Source: Nitrospirota bacterium (GTDB lineage Bacteria; Nitrospirota; Thermodesulfovibrionia; Thermodesulfovibrionales; Dissulfurispiraceae). From it: a stretch of 64,000 bases of DNA. The stretch covers positions 160,001-224,000 of the forward strand of contig CAVPZX010000002.1 in assembly GCA_963710375.1 (NCBI GenBank). Reading direction: 5' to 3'. Shown one piece after another: positions 31,531-41,275 of the stretch. The position numbers and the translations under genes were made by a program. Within the stretch, counting starts at the first letter, position 1. Every line of letters begins with the position of its first letter. Below the pieces are notes generated by a model. That model saw only the letters and a list, made by a program, of their open reading frames with translations, had not been told where the DNA came from and made no database searches.

Positions 31531-31572
31531 CTACCCCTCCTCTTTAATCGTCGCACGTCAAGCTAATTTTTT

Positions 31573-31875
31573 TTACACTCGACCAGTGACGCCGCACGCT
31601 GTTTGCCCTCCGGCTATTGCCGGAACAATGGAAACCTCATCCCCGTCCTTTACAGGCGTCTGTTCAGCCTGCAAAAACCGGATATCCTCCTCATTGACAT
31701 AGACGTTAACAAATCTTCTGACCTTGCCCCCCTCTGATATTCTCTCGGCAATACCCGGGTATCGCGAATCAAGGTCGTTGATAAGTCCTATCACCGAACC
31801 GGCCTTGCCTTCAACTTCCTCTTTCCCTGCTGTCAGCCGCTGAAGCGGCGTCGGAATTCTCACTTTTACCGCCAT
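31573..31875 (-). CDS. MoaD/ThiS/CysO-like sulfur carrier with C-terminal extension after Gly-Gly
   Basis: VRIPTPL, NVYVNEEDIRF, DGDEVSIVPAIAGG followed by QTACGVTGRV. Confidence 0.92.
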   Translation of the reverse strand: MAVKVRIPTPLQRLTAGKEEVEGKAGSVIGLINDLDSRYPGIAERISEGGKVRRFVNVYVNEEDIRFLQAEQTPVKDGDEVSIVPAIAGGQTACGVTGRV

Positions 31876-31895
31876 GAAATCACCTCCTTAAAATC

Positions 31896-31960
31896 AGGCT
31901 AAAAGCTAATGACAAGAAATACTCTTTCTGTTCCTTTAGCCCATCGCCTTTTGCCTTTCC
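31896..31960. repeat. Degenerate inverted heptamer array
   Basis: CAGGCTAAAAGCTAA ... CCTTTAGCCCATCGCCTTTTGCCTTT. Confidence 0.5.
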
Positions 31961-31963
31961 TTA

Positions 31964-33202
31964 TTACCTATCGCCTATTTTTTTTAATATCTCTTCAAAT
32001 GACGGCATGTTCGGTTTGATGTGATGCATTTCCGCCGTATGCCCGTTGAGCGCCTCCTGGGTCTTCAGGCCATTGCCGGTAATACATATTACCGTTCTTT
32101 CATTTCTGCCTATCCTTCCCTGCTCAATCAGCTTCTTTGCCGTTGCGACCGTAACGCCCCCGGCAGTCTCGGCAAAAATGCCCTCGGTCTTTGCAAGCAG
32201 CTTTATTCCATCGATAATTTCTTCGTCGGAAACATCCTCTGCATATCCCCCGGTTTCATTGACGATATGGCTGGCATAGTACCCGTCGGCAGGGTTGCCG
32301 ATGGCAAGCGATTTAGCCACCGTATTCGGCTTGACCGGTTTTATTACATCAGTACCCTGCTTTATGGCAGCAGATATGGGAGAACAGCCTGTTGCCTGCG
32401 CTGCAAACACTTTTGTCCCCAGTTTTTTGATCAACCCTATTTCCTTGCATTCCTTAAATGACTTCCACACCTTTGTGAGAAGCGAACCGCTGGCGCAGGG
32501 CACAACCACATTATCGGGCGCTTCCCATCCCAGTTGTTCCACAATCTCGAAACCCTGCGTCTTGGAGCCCTCTGCGTAGAACGGCCTGATGTTTATATTT
32601 ACAAATGCCCACGGGTACTTATTAGCGATCTCGCTGCAAAGCCTGTTGACCTCATCGTAATTGCCATCGACAGCCACAAGATTCGGTTCATATACCAGCG
32701 AGGCCACTATCTTGCTCTGCTCCAGTGACGCGGGAATAAACACAAAACATTTGAAGCCGGCCTTTGCGCCATGAGCCGAAACCGAGTGGGCCAGGTTGCC
32801 TGTAGATGCGCATGCCACCGTATCAAACCCGAACTCCTTCGCCTTGGTAAGCGCAACGGCAACAACTCTATCCTTGAACGACAAAGTCGGATGGGCCACC
32901 GTATCATCTTTAACGTACAGCTCCCTGACCCCAAGGGCACTCGCAAGGTTATCAGCCCTTATAAGGGGAGTAAAGCCGGAATTGAGTCCTACCTGGGGCT
33001 CGCCGTCGATGGGCAGAAGCTCTTTATAACGCCAGAGGTTCCCATCCCTCCTTTCTATTGTCTTACGCGTCAACTTCTTTTTGATCTTTTTGTAGTCATA
33101 ACTTACTTCCAGGGGACCGAAGCAAAATTCGCAGACATATATAGGATCAACAGGATACTCCCTGCCGCATTCCCTGCATTTCAGGCCTTTTACATATCCC
33201 AT
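31964..33202 (-). CDS. Threonine-synthase-like PLP enzyme (second paralogue; candidate O-phosphohomoserine sulfhydrylase)
   Basis: N-terminal CRECG...CEFC, HPTLSFKDRVV, ASTGNLA, PCASGSL, AETAGG; directly upstream of sulfur carrier. Confidence 0.88.
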   Translation of the reverse strand: MGYVKGLKCRECGREYPVDPIYVCEFCFGPLEVSYDYKKIKKKLTRKTIERRDGNLWRYKELLPIDGEPQVGLNSGFTPLIRADNLASALGVRELYVKDDTVAHPTLSFKDRVVAVALTKAKEFGFDTVACASTGNLAHSVSAHGAKAGFKCFVFIPASLEQSKIVASLVYEPNLVAVDGNYDEVNRLCSEIANKYPWAFVNINIRPFYAEGSKTQGFEIVEQLGWEAPDNVVVPCASGSLLTKVWKSFKECKEIGLIKKLGTKVFAAQATGCSPISAAIKQGTDVIKPVKPNTVAKSLAIGNPADGYYASHIVNETGGYAEDVSDEEIIDGIKLLAKTEGIFAETAGGVTVATAKKLIEQGRIGRNERTVICITGNGLKTQEALNGHTAEMHHIKPNMPSFEEILKKIGDR

Positions 33203-33351
33203 AAGAACCTCCTGTTTATTACCGAGAATTTAACCGCCTGACAACTTTAAGAGTAAAGCATATTTTACTTTAAAACAGAAAGAAAATCAAAGTGGTAGGG
33301 ATCGGCAGGGGCAGGCTGTTTATCGGAGCGCTGCCCTTCTCCTGTCATCCG

Positions 33352-33753
33352 CTAGCAAACCCTAATTTCGATTTCTTCAACAACTCCGCTTGTGATGAAG
33401 AACGCTTTAACCACAGGTTCTCTTTCGGAAAGACTCACAATGACATAAGCGCTGTCTTCGTAAAACGCAAGTGCCACATCCTTTGCGGACGGATATGAAG
33501 CAGAGGCAGGGTGGGAATGGAACAGTGCGACAATCGAAAGGCTCTCGTTGCGGAGCGCCTTCATGACCTCGAATTGCTCTTTTGAATCCATCAAGTAACT
33601 CACTGGCGAGCTTTCAACATTTCGCATCGGGAAAAGTCTGGACACCTCATTGCCGACGCCGGCCAAAATGCCGCAAGCCTCATTCGGATAGCCCTCCCTG
33701 CAATGAGCTATCATATCGTCGAAAATAAGTTGAGGCATAGTTATACTATTCAT
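33352..33753 (-). CDS. JAMM/MPN+ (M67, Mec-like) metallopeptidase
   Basis: PNEACG and HSHPASASYPSAKD (E...HxH-x7-S-x2-D). Confidence 0.92.
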   Translation of the reverse strand: MNSITMPQLIFDDMIAHCREGYPNEACGILAGVGNEVSRLFPMRNVESSPVSYLMDSKEQFEVMKALRNESLSIVALFHSHPASASYPSAKDVALAFYEDSAYVIVSLSEREPVVKAFFITSGVVEEIEIRVC

Positions 33754-33764
33754 CGTTTTACCAT

Positions 33765-33955
33765 CTTCGGCAGATGAGGATATGTCTCTGTAGCGAAGCG
33801 TTCTGTTTTGGTAACAGTTCTTTGCGAAATGAAGCGTTAAACAGCCGCAAGTGTCTGAGCCCATAGGGCGAGTTTTGCGGCTGTAGCGGAATGAGCTATA
33901 GAACTGTCAAAACAGAACGCCTGAGCGAAAGAGACATATCCTCCATCTGCCGAAG
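33765..33955. mobile_element. MITE-like long palindromic element, 191 bp
   Basis: Ends CTTCGGCAGATG-AGGATATGTCTCT / AGAGACATATCCTCCATCTGCCGAAG; inner stems GCGTTCTGTTTTG/CAAAACAGAACGC and ACAGCCGCAA/TTGCGGCTGT. Confidence 0.85.
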
Positions 33956-33958
33956 CAC

Positions 33959-34762
33959 CTACATTCTGCAGTATTCAGCCTCATAATCCTGGAGTTCGGT
34001 AATTGTGGGGTTCTTCCCGCACACCGGGCATTCATCATTCTTGGGTACACTGACACGTCTGAAAGTGGTCTTCAGGGCATCATATATCAGCAGCGTGTTT
34101 TTCAGCACCTCACCCTTGCCCAGAATGAGTTTGATGACCTCGACAGCCTGCAAAGAGCCGATTACACCGGGAATCGCTCCGATAACTCCAACCTCCTGGC
34201 ATGAGGGCACAAGTCCTGCCGGCGGCATCTCTTCAAACAGGCACCGGTAGCAGTGGCCTTCTCCAGGCAAAACAGTAGTTACCTGGCCCTCGAACCTCAG
34301 AATCGCTCCGCTAACAAGCGGCTTTTTCATCAGGACACAGGCGTCATTAATCAGATAACGGGTCGGGAAGTTATCGCTACCGTCCACAACGATATCATAA
34401 TCCTTTATCAAATTCATTATAGTATCCTTTGAAAGTCTTTCTGCAATGCCTATGACATTCACATCCGGATTCAATGCTTCAAAGGTCAACTTGGCAGACT
34501 CAACTTTCAGCATGCCGAGCGTCCTCGTACTGTGAGCTATCTGCCGTTGAAGGTTGCTCATTTCTACCCTGTCATTATCAATGATCCCTATAGTGCCCAC
34601 CCCTGCCGCGGCGAGATAATAGCCAACAGGGCTTCCCAGTCCTCCAGCCCCGATAATAAATACTTTAGCAGCCAGCAGTTTTTTCTGCCCCTTTGCTCCA
34701 ACCTCGGGCAGGAGTATGTGGCGGCTGTAACGTTGCAGCTGATCTTCGGTGAATTCCTGCAT
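33959..34762 (-). CDS. moeB: MoeB/ThiF-family sulfur-carrier adenylyltransferase
   Basis: RYSRH, GAGGLG, SNLQRQ, CYRC, PSC, CPVC; no rhodanese domain. Confidence 0.92.
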   Translation of the reverse strand: MQEFTEDQLQRYSRHILLPEVGAKGQKKLLAAKVFIIGAGGLGSPVGYYLAAAGVGTIGIIDNDRVEMSNLQRQIAHSTRTLGMLKVESAKLTFEALNPDVNVIGIAERLSKDTIMNLIKDYDIVVDGSDNFPTRYLINDACVLMKKPLVSGAILRFEGQVTTVLPGEGHCYRCLFEEMPPAGLVPSCQEVGVIGAIPGVIGSLQAVEVIKLILGKGEVLKNTLLIYDALKTTFRRVSVPKNDECPVCGKNPTITELQDYEAEYCRM

Positions 34763-34872
34763 AAAGCTCCCCTCCCATGCCGAGGGAAAAAATTCACTCA
34801 AGCAATGAGATAATCTTATTAAATTATAAGTCTAATTTATCACAACGGAAAACTGAAAGGCAATGAGGATCT

Positions 34873-36198
34873 CTATCCTTCGCTACCCTCAACTCTGATA
34901 AACAGCGTTTTATCGGATACAACGGGCAGGGCGTCGATCTCCCTTACAGACTTGAGCACATCCCTTTCTCTGGCCCTGTGAGCAAGCACGACAAGCGGAA
35001 CAGATCCCCCGATGCTCCTGCCTTTCTGAATAACTGACGCGATGCTTATATTGTGGCTGCCGAGGATGCCCGATATCTTCGACAGGACGCCAGGCTCATC
35101 CAGCGCGGAAAATCTGAAATAGTACATGCTTTCTATATCAGCAATCCTTTTAATCTTTTTTTCTCCTGTGCCGAGAGAAGAATGGGCCGTGATGCCCGGG
35201 ACACGCAAGACGCCGCCACACATGATGTTCCGTACGATATCAACAACATCGGCGACAACAGCACTTCCGGTCGGCATATCGCCTGCGCCCCTGCCATAAT
35301 ATAGAGTAGAGCCCGATGCATCGCCTTCTACATACACGGCATTGAAAACTCCGTCGACCTTTGAAATCAAATATTCATTAGGCACCATGGTGGGATGCAC
35401 CCGCATCTCGATGCCTTCAGCAGTCGCCTTTGTGATTGCCAGGAGCTTCACTTTATAGCCGAGTTCCAGGGCAAAGGCAATGTCCTGGGCGGTTATTCTT
35501 GTAATGCCCTCTTTATACACATCGTCATACGACAGCGGGATCCCATAGGCCAGAGAGGCAAGTATAGTGAGTTTATGTGCGGAATCGATCCCCTCTATAT
35601 CAAAGGTCGGATCAGCCTCAGCATACCCTAGCCGCTGCGCTTCTCTCAGCGCGGTTGAGAAGTTGACCTTCTCGTCGGTCATCTTTGTCAATATGTAATT
35701 AGACGTTCCATTGATAATACCGTACACGGCAATGATCCTGTTTGAAACGAGTCCTTCTCTTATCACTTTGATGATAGGGATGCCTCCGGCAACTGATGCC
35801 TCAAACCCTATTTCAACGCCGGCCCGCTCAGCCTCGGCAAAGAGTTCATTCCCCTCGGTGGCGAGCAGCGCCTTATTTGCGGTAACAACATGCTTCCTGT
35901 TCCTTATGGCCTGGAGTATGAATTCCTTTGCAGGATGAATACCTCCCATAAGCTCAATCACGACATCGATTTCTGGATCGTTGATCACTGAGGATGCATC
36001 GGTAGTCAACACGCCGGATGGAACGTTTATGCCCCTGTCCCTCGTGATGTCAAGGTCCGCGATTCTCTTCAAAGCGATGTTAATGCCTGTCCTCTCCCTG
36101 ATGACCGCGGCATTTTCGAGTAAAATTCGCGTGGTCCCCGAGCCGACCGTGCCGAATCCTATGATGCCTACCGAAACAGTGTCCTGTTTAATTGTCAT
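34873..36198 (-). CDS. hom: Homoserine dehydrogenase
   Basis: [34 protein letters not shown]-terminal ACT. Confidence 0.97.
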   Translation of the reverse strand: MTIKQDTVSVGIIGFGTVGSGTTRILLENAAVIRERTGINIALKRIADLDITRDRGINVPSGVLTTDASSVINDPEIDVVIELMGGIHPAKEFILQAIRNRKHVVTANKALLATEGNELFAEAERAGVEIGFEASVAGGIPIIKVIREGLVSNRIIAVYGIINGTSNYILTKMTDEKVNFSTALREAQRLGYAEADPTFDIEGIDSAHKLTILASLAYGIPLSYDDVYKEGITRITAQDIAFALELGYKVKLLAITKATAEGIEMRVHPTMVPNEYLISKVDGVFNAVYVEGDASGSTLYYGRGAGDMPTGSAVVADVVDIVRNIMCGGVLRVPGITAHSSLGTGEKKIKRIADIESMYYFRFSALDEPGVLSKISGILGSHNISIASVIQKGRSIGGSVPLVVLAHRARERDVLKSVREIDALPVVSDKTLFIRVEGSEG

Positions 36199-37373
36199 CC
36201 CTTGCCAAGCACCTTTTTTATCCCTGATACAGCCTGCCGTATTCTATGTTCGTTCTCGACAAGCGCGAATCTGACATAGTCGTCGCCGCCTTCGCCAAAG
36301 CCTATGCCGGGCGATACGGCGACCTTTGCCTCTGTTATAAGGTATTTGCAGAATTCGAGCGATGCCATTTTTTTGAATTGCTCCGGTATCCCGGCCCAGA
36401 CAAACATTGTCGCCTTGGGTGAGTCAATCTTCCAGCCTGCGTTGTTTAAGCCCTTTATCAGCGTATTCCTGCGGGACTGATAGATGTTCCTTATCTCTTC
36501 AACACAGTCCTGGGGTCCGCGCAGCGCAACGATGCTGGCAATTTGTATAGGCTGAAACATACCATAATCGAGATAGCTTTTGATCTTTATGAGCGCACCC
36601 ACCACATCCCTGTTCCCGCAGCAAAACCCAACCCTCCAGCCCGCCATCGAATAACTCTTGGTGAGAGAAAAAAACTCAACCGCAACATCCTTTGCACCGG
36701 GTACCTGGAGGATGCTCGGGGCCTTGTAATCATCAAAGTTAAGGTCTGCATATGCGAAATCCTGCACGACGATAATGTTGTTCTCACGTGCAAAGTCCAC
36801 CACTTTGGTAAAGAAGCCAAGCCCCTCGACAACCGTAGTCGTGGGGTTATGCGGAAAATTGAGAATAAGCATCTTGGGTCTCGGCCATGTCTTCTTCAGC
36901 GCCTTCTCCAGCTCGTCAAAAAAATCGAAACCGGGGCCGATGGGAACGCTGATGACTTCACCTCCGGCAATTATATTGCTGTAAGGATGAATAGGGTACG
37001 CAGGCGTAGGAGTCATCACCACGTCTCCGGGCTGAATAGTAGCCAGCACAAGGTGCGAAAGCCCTTCCTTGACACCGATCGTGACCACTGCTTCTGATTC
37101 GGGGTCTATATCTACATCATACCGTCTCTTGTACCATTCGGATATCGCCATCCTCAGCTGCGTTATACCCTTTGATGCTGAATACCGGTGATTTTTTGGA
37201 TTATGCACAGCCTCGCAGAGTTTTTCAACGATATGTTTCGGCGTCGGTAAGTCGGGGTTGCCCATTCCAAGGTCTATTATATCCTCACCCTTCCTCCGGG
37301 AATCCATCTTCAAAGCGTTTACGATCGCAAAAACATAGGGCGGCAGTCTCTTGATCCTGTTAAACTCAAACAC
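36195..37373 (-). CDS. Class I/II PLP aminotransferase (AlaC/DapL-like)
   Basis: [31 protein letters not shown]. Confidence 0.9.
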   Translation of the reverse strand: MFEFNRIKRLPPYVFAIVNALKMDSRRKGEDIIDLGMGNPDLPTPKHIVEKLCEAVHNPKNHRYSASKGITQLRMAISEWYKRRYDVDIDPESEAVVTIGVKEGLSHLVLATIQPGDVVMTPTPAYPIHPYSNIIAGGEVISVPIGPGFDFFDELEKALKKTWPRPKMLILNFPHNPTTTVVEGLGFFTKVVDFARENNIIVVQDFAYADLNFDDYKAPSILQVPGAKDVAVEFFSLTKSYSMAGWRVGFCCGNRDVVGALIKIKSYLDYGMFQPIQIASIVALRGPQDCVEEIRNIYQSRRNTLIKGLNNAGWKIDSPKATMFVWAGIPEQFKKMASLEFCKYLITEAKVAVSPGIGFGEGGDDYVRFALVENEHRIRQAVSGIKKVLGKG

Positions 37374-37392
37374 GAGAAACCTCCTTAAAACA

Positions 37393-37516
37393 GTGAAACG
37401 TGAATCGTGAAAGGTGAATAGTGAATCGTGAAAAAATGAAAAGTTAACATTCTGCTTTCTTTTCTAGCCGTTTGCCATTCACATTTCACGTTTCACGTTC
37501 TTTTTCACGTTTTACG
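37393..37516. repeat. Inverted array of heptamer tandem repeats (GTGAAnn / nnTTCAC)
   Basis: GTGAAAC GTGAATC GTGAAAG GTGAATA GTGAATC GTGAAAA; complementary arm overlaps lipA 3' end. Confidence 0.8.
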
Positions 37517-38349
37517 CTGTTATACATTTCCTCTGCATTCATTGAACTCCGCACCAAAGGGCCGGAAGCGACAAATTCAAACCCCAGGCCAAGCGCATAT
37601 AGTCTCAGAGCTTCAAAAACATCAGGGTGAATATATTCTACAACAGGCAGATTCTTTTTTGCAGGCCTGAGATACTGGCCTACTGTCAGAAGGTCGCAGC
37701 CGGCAGCCCTTATATCCCTGAAAACTTCCCTGATCTCATCAACCGTCTCACCGAGCCCGAGCATCACGCCAGATTTTGTCTTCATACTTGGCATCAGCGT
37801 CCTGGCGATTCTATGCACTTCGAGAGAGCGTTGATAATCAGCCTGGGGCCGCACAATATCATAGAGCCGCTTTACTGTTTCAATGTTATGGTTGAATACA
37901 TCAGGACGCGCATCCAGAACGATACCAAGAGCGTCTCTTTCCCCCTGGAAGTCCGGCGTCAGCACCTCTATCTTTGCAGCAGGCAGCGCGTTTCTTACAG
38001 CCCTTATCGTCGCTGCAAAATGCGAGGCGCCGCCATCAGGCAGGTCGTCCCTGGTCACTGAAGTAATTACAACATAACGCAAACCTAATTCGCATGCCGC
38101 TTCCGCAACCCGTTCAGGTTCTCCGGCATCGAGCGCTGCGGGCATGCCGGGACTGACAGAGCAGAAAGCACAATTTCTTGTGCACTGGTCTCCCATTATC
38201 ATAAAGGCTGCTGTCGGTTTTGAAAAACAGACTCCTTTATTGGGACACCGTGCCTCCTCGCAAACCGTGGAGAGGCGATGACTCCTCAAAAGGTCCTTTG
38301 TATGATGCAGTCCAATGGCTGTTGTCTTAATCCATTCAGGTAAGCGCAT
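37486..38349 (-). CDS. lipA: Lipoyl synthase
   Basis: CEEARCPNKGVC, CTRNCAFC, GQYLRP, PLVRSS. Confidence 0.97.
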   Translation of the reverse strand: MRLPEWIKTTAIGLHHTKDLLRSHRLSTVCEEARCPNKGVCFSKPTAAFMIMGDQCTRNCAFCSVSPGMPAALDAGEPERVAEAACELGLRYVVITSVTRDDLPDGGASHFAATIRAVRNALPAAKIEVLTPDFQGERDALGIVLDARPDVFNHNIETVKRLYDIVRPQADYQRSLEVHRIARTLMPSMKTKSGVMLGLGETVDEIREVFRDIRAAGCDLLTVGQYLRPAKKNLPVVEYIHPDVFEALRLYALGLGFEFVASGPLVRSSMNAEEMYNSVKREKERET

Positions 38350-38434
38350 AGACAAAAATTAAAATACAATAAACCGGATATGGCACAACCGGCTGCTGTG
38401 CGACATGGATAGGGAGTTTAGAAAGAAACAAAAA

Positions 38435-38453
38435 AGGGCCTTTGTCAGGCCCT
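38435..38453 (-). terminator. Intrinsic terminator after cold-shock gene
   Basis: AGGGCCT-N5-AGGCCCT hairpin followed by T-run on minus strand. Confidence 0.65.
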
Positions 38454-38459
38454 TATTCT

Positions 38460-38663
38460 TCAGATTTTTATAACATTAACAGCCTTTGGTCCGCGATCTC
38501 CTTCTTCGATATCGAATTGTACTCTTTGGCCTTCGGCTAATGTCTTGAATCCCTCGCTCTTAATAGAAGAAAAATGAACAAAGACATCCGCACCGTTATC
38601 CTGCTGGATAAACCCAAAACCCTTTGACTCATTGAACCACTTGACCTTCCCTTCAAAAGCCAT
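38460..38663 (-). CDS. Cold-shock protein
   Basis: [31 protein letters not shown] before ATG 38663. Confidence 0.95.
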   Translation of the reverse strand: MAFEGKVKWFNESKGFGFIQQDNGADVFVHFSSIKSEGFKTLAEGQRVQFDIEEGDRGPKAVNVIKI

Positions 38664-38772
38664 AACTGCAAAATCCTCCTTTTTTCCTGGGAACAGGAAT
38701 TGCTCAATTACGAGACAAAGTTTCGTAATACGAAATATATACCATGTATGTAATCCAAAAGTCAAAAGAAAA

Positions 38773-38889
38773 TAAGGCTTAAGGCAAAGGGCAAAAGGCG
38801 AAGGGGTCAAACCAGAAAAAGGGCATGCTTTAAAACAGTCTGATTTTAACCTTTAGCCCTTTGCCATTGGCCTTTTGCCTTAAGCCTTT
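38773..38889. repeat. Inverted array of heptamer tandem repeats (AAAGGCA-like / TGCCTTT-like)
   Basis: TAAGGCT TAAGGCA AAGGGCA AAAGGCG ... AGCCCTT TGCCATT GGCCTTT TGCCTTA AGCCTTT. Confidence 0.8.
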
Positions 38890-39657
38890 TTCGCCTCTTC
38901 CCAGAGCACATCCATCTCCTGGAGCGTCATGTCCGAAAGCTTTCTGCCGGAGCCCGCAGCCTTCATTTCTATGTAGCGGAAACGGGATATGAATTTAGTG
39001 ATGGTCTTCCTTAGCGCATCCTCGGGATTAACGCCGACAAAACGCGAAATATTGACAAGAACGAAAAACACATCCCCGAGTTCGTCCTCAATCGCAGCCT
39101 GGTCTTTTTGTTCGAGCGCCTCCCTGAATTCAGAGAGTTCTTCATCCAGCTTCTCCATGACCTCTCCGACCCTGTTCCAGTCAAACCCGACGCGTGCCGC
39201 TCTCGACTGTATCCTGTGAGCCTTGAGAAGCGCTGGGAGTTCCTTCGGAACACCCTCAAGGATTGACTCCCTGTTCTTGCCCTCCTCTTTCTTCCGGTCC
39301 TCCCACTGTTTCATGACCTTTTCAGACTGTTTCGAACTTCGCATCTCCGAAAACGTGCGGATGCCTGCCGATCATTTTTTCAGCGATAGCATTGATCACA
39401 TCCTCCATGCTGAATTCCCCGCGTTCCTTCGCCAGTTGACAGTGAAAAACGATCTGAAAAAGCAGGTCGCCGAGCTCCTCTTTTATTTTCTGGGGAGAAC
39501 CTTCATCGATGGCCTCCAGCACCTCGTAAGTCTCTTCCACAAGATAGGGCGTAAGAGACTCCCTCGTCTGCTCCCTGTCCCAGGGGCAGCCGTCTTCAGC
39601 CCGGAGAGCCGCCATAATATCAAGCAATTTCTGAAAGCTGTCCACTTTATTGTCCAT
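38880..39657 (-). pseudogene. mazG: Nucleoside triphosphate pyrophosphohydrolase MazG split by +1 frameshift (probably sequencing error)
   Basis: [24 protein letters not shown] then QWE..K, GFDW, ELGD in another frame; removing 39326 restores ETAEKVMKQWE. Confidence 0.9.
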
Positions 39658-39734
39658 ATGTTACCTCAAATATAATATATTAAATTATACTTATAAAGGA
39701 GCAAAGGATGGCGGGGGTTGGAGTTACTCTCTTA

Positions 39735-39775
39735 AAACATGAACCCCTCCTGTAATAAGCGAGGGGTTCATGTTT
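39735..39775 (-). terminator. Hairpin terminator after satP
   Basis: AAACATGAACCCCTC / GAGGGGTTCATGTTT 15-bp stem. Confidence 0.65.
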
Positions 39776-39797
39776 AATTGCAGTGAAACAGTGCCGT

Positions 39798-40367
39798 TTA
39801 CTTGAGCCAGGCGCCCCCAACAGGAAGTTTAATGCCGGACTCTGCAAACACCGTAACCGCCATCAGATATAATGCCAATAATGCGCAAACTATCAGATCA
39901 TAAGCGGCAAAGGTTCCTGCTGCCGCGTTCTCTGTGAGCTCTTTGGCATCAAGACCGAGAAAACCGATCAGCAGTGTCAGGAATAATAATGCCAGTACAG
40001 TGTGGTGCTTCATTGATGCAATAAAGAGAATAAACGTGAAGATGGTCCACATCACAAGGAAAAACCCGAGGTCATTCCCATTGAACCCGAGCATGGGGTA
40101 AGCCGCATTTTTGCCGAAGATTACCATCAGGCATAATGAAATCCAGAAAGCCCCATATCCTGAAAAAGCGCAGAAACCGAAATTGTTGCCTGTTTTAAAC
40201 TCCAGCATACCGGCAATCAACTGGGCCGTTCCACCAAAAGCAAGTCCAAGCCAGAGGACCGGGGCAATACCGCACCATCCCAAGTTATGACATTGCAGGA
40301 CAAGAGTCGTCATTCCAAAACCGCCAAGACCAACTACAGCAGGGTTTCCCATTTTCACATCGCTCAT
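39798..40367 (-). CDS. satP: Acetate/succinate uptake transporter (SatP/GPR1/FUN34 family)
   Basis: GNPAVVGLGGF, GGTAQ, FSGYGAFW, six TM segments. Confidence 0.88.
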   Translation of the reverse strand: MSDVKMGNPAVVGLGGFGMTTLVLQCHNLGWCGIAPVLWLGLAFGGTAQLIAGMLEFKTGNNFGFCAFSGYGAFWISLCLMVIFGKNAAYPMLGFNGNDLGFFLVMWTIFTFILFIASMKHHTVLALLFLTLLIGFLGLDAKELTENAAAGTFAAYDLIVCALLALYLMAVTVFAESGIKLPVGGAWLK

Positions 40368-40464
40368 TTTCTTTCTCCTTTTTATTCTCTTTTTTATTTT
40401 ACGGCAATGGGACATAAAGAAGTCCCGTCCACTAAAACAGATATCAAAAAAGGCTGGGATCAGC

Positions 40465-40923
40465 TTAAGCTAATGGCGGGGCAGGACCTGAATGCAGGGG
40501 GTTAAACTCCAAACTGGAGTTTCCATCATCTGAAGAGACGAGCAGCCTTGATCGAGAAGCAAAAAATATTGTGATATGCCCGAACAACCACAAATTTTCC
40601 GAGGGCGCAAACTTTACGCTTGCATTGTCGGGTAAGACCGCCCGCTTCTTACTGATGAGAACAGTGACTGTCGAGTTAGTGTGATCAAATTCATTTACCG
40701 AATCTATTTGGTCGCAAACGACTTCAACTAAAAAGATACTAAAATTATTTAAAGAGGCAGACATCCCGTCTGCATCACCGATATCGCCAACTATTCTCTT
40801 AACATCATATGTGTAGGAAAGCGGAGATATTGCATAAACAACATAATAGATGATAAACAAGGAAGATAAAACAATTTGTTTATTTTTTTTAAAGCCTGTA
40901 GTTACAACTCTCTGATAATCCAT
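40465..40923 (-). CDS. Hypothetical protein with N-terminal TM
   Basis: 152-aa ORF, AAGGA RBS, ends HSGPAPP. Confidence 0.55.
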   Translation of the reverse strand: MDYQRVVTTGFKKNKQIVLSSLFIIYYVVYAISPLSYTYDVKRIVGDIGDADGMSASLNNFSIFLVEVVCDQIDSVNEFDHTNSTVTVLISKKRAVLPDNASVKFAPSENLWLFGHITIFFASRSRLLVSSDDGNSSLEFNPLHSGPAPPLA

Positions 40924-41275
40924 AAAGTGGTCGAGATTGTCCCATCCTTTTGTTTGAAGAGGAGCGGCTCAATCATTATCCTAAGCAACTGTCTCCTTCA
41001 TGTCAATATTTTTTTGTTGCAAGTCGAAATTCATCTTCTATTAGCTTTGCAGAAAAAAGCTGAGCGGGTATCTTCTATGAGTTCTTTGGTCATGACTAAC
41101 CAAATAACCTCATCAAATCTCATGCCAGCCTTACCATAAAGCGGAGTTTTCTAATTTTTTAAAGGAGGAACGTTAGAGCAAGCGGAATTCGCCATATCGG
41201 GCCTTAAGATGAGAATTGCATGCAATTGCAGTATGCGCAAATGCATGCGCGCAACAAATTGCGTTAAACGAAAAA

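Noticed and set aside
33754..33864. Long N-terminal extensions in the ORF track for JAMM, csp (to 38810), surA (to 19441) and cimA (to 27610)
   Set aside because: They run into repeats or upstream genes; downstream ATGs fit the family starts better, most with a clear RBS
34763..34872. SAM riboswitch or T-box ahead of the sulfur-relay genes
   Set aside because: Short AT-rich spacer with no recognisable aptamer motifs
38381..38397. TGGCAC...TGCT sigma-54-like motif near lipA
   Set aside because: GG-to-GC spacing is 11 rather than 10, and it points away from lipA
18369..38889. CRISPR interpretation of the repeat arrays
   Set aside because: Units are 6-7 bp in tandem with no unique spacers, and no cas genes are present
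38880..39657. Programmed ribosomal frameshifting in mazG or the other split genes
   Set aside because: No slippery heptamer at the junctions; the shared AGCT context favours sequencing error
41215..41262. Cluster of TGCA/TGCGCA micro-palindromes downstream of purC
   Set aside because: Short and low-complexity, no extended stem, single occurrence
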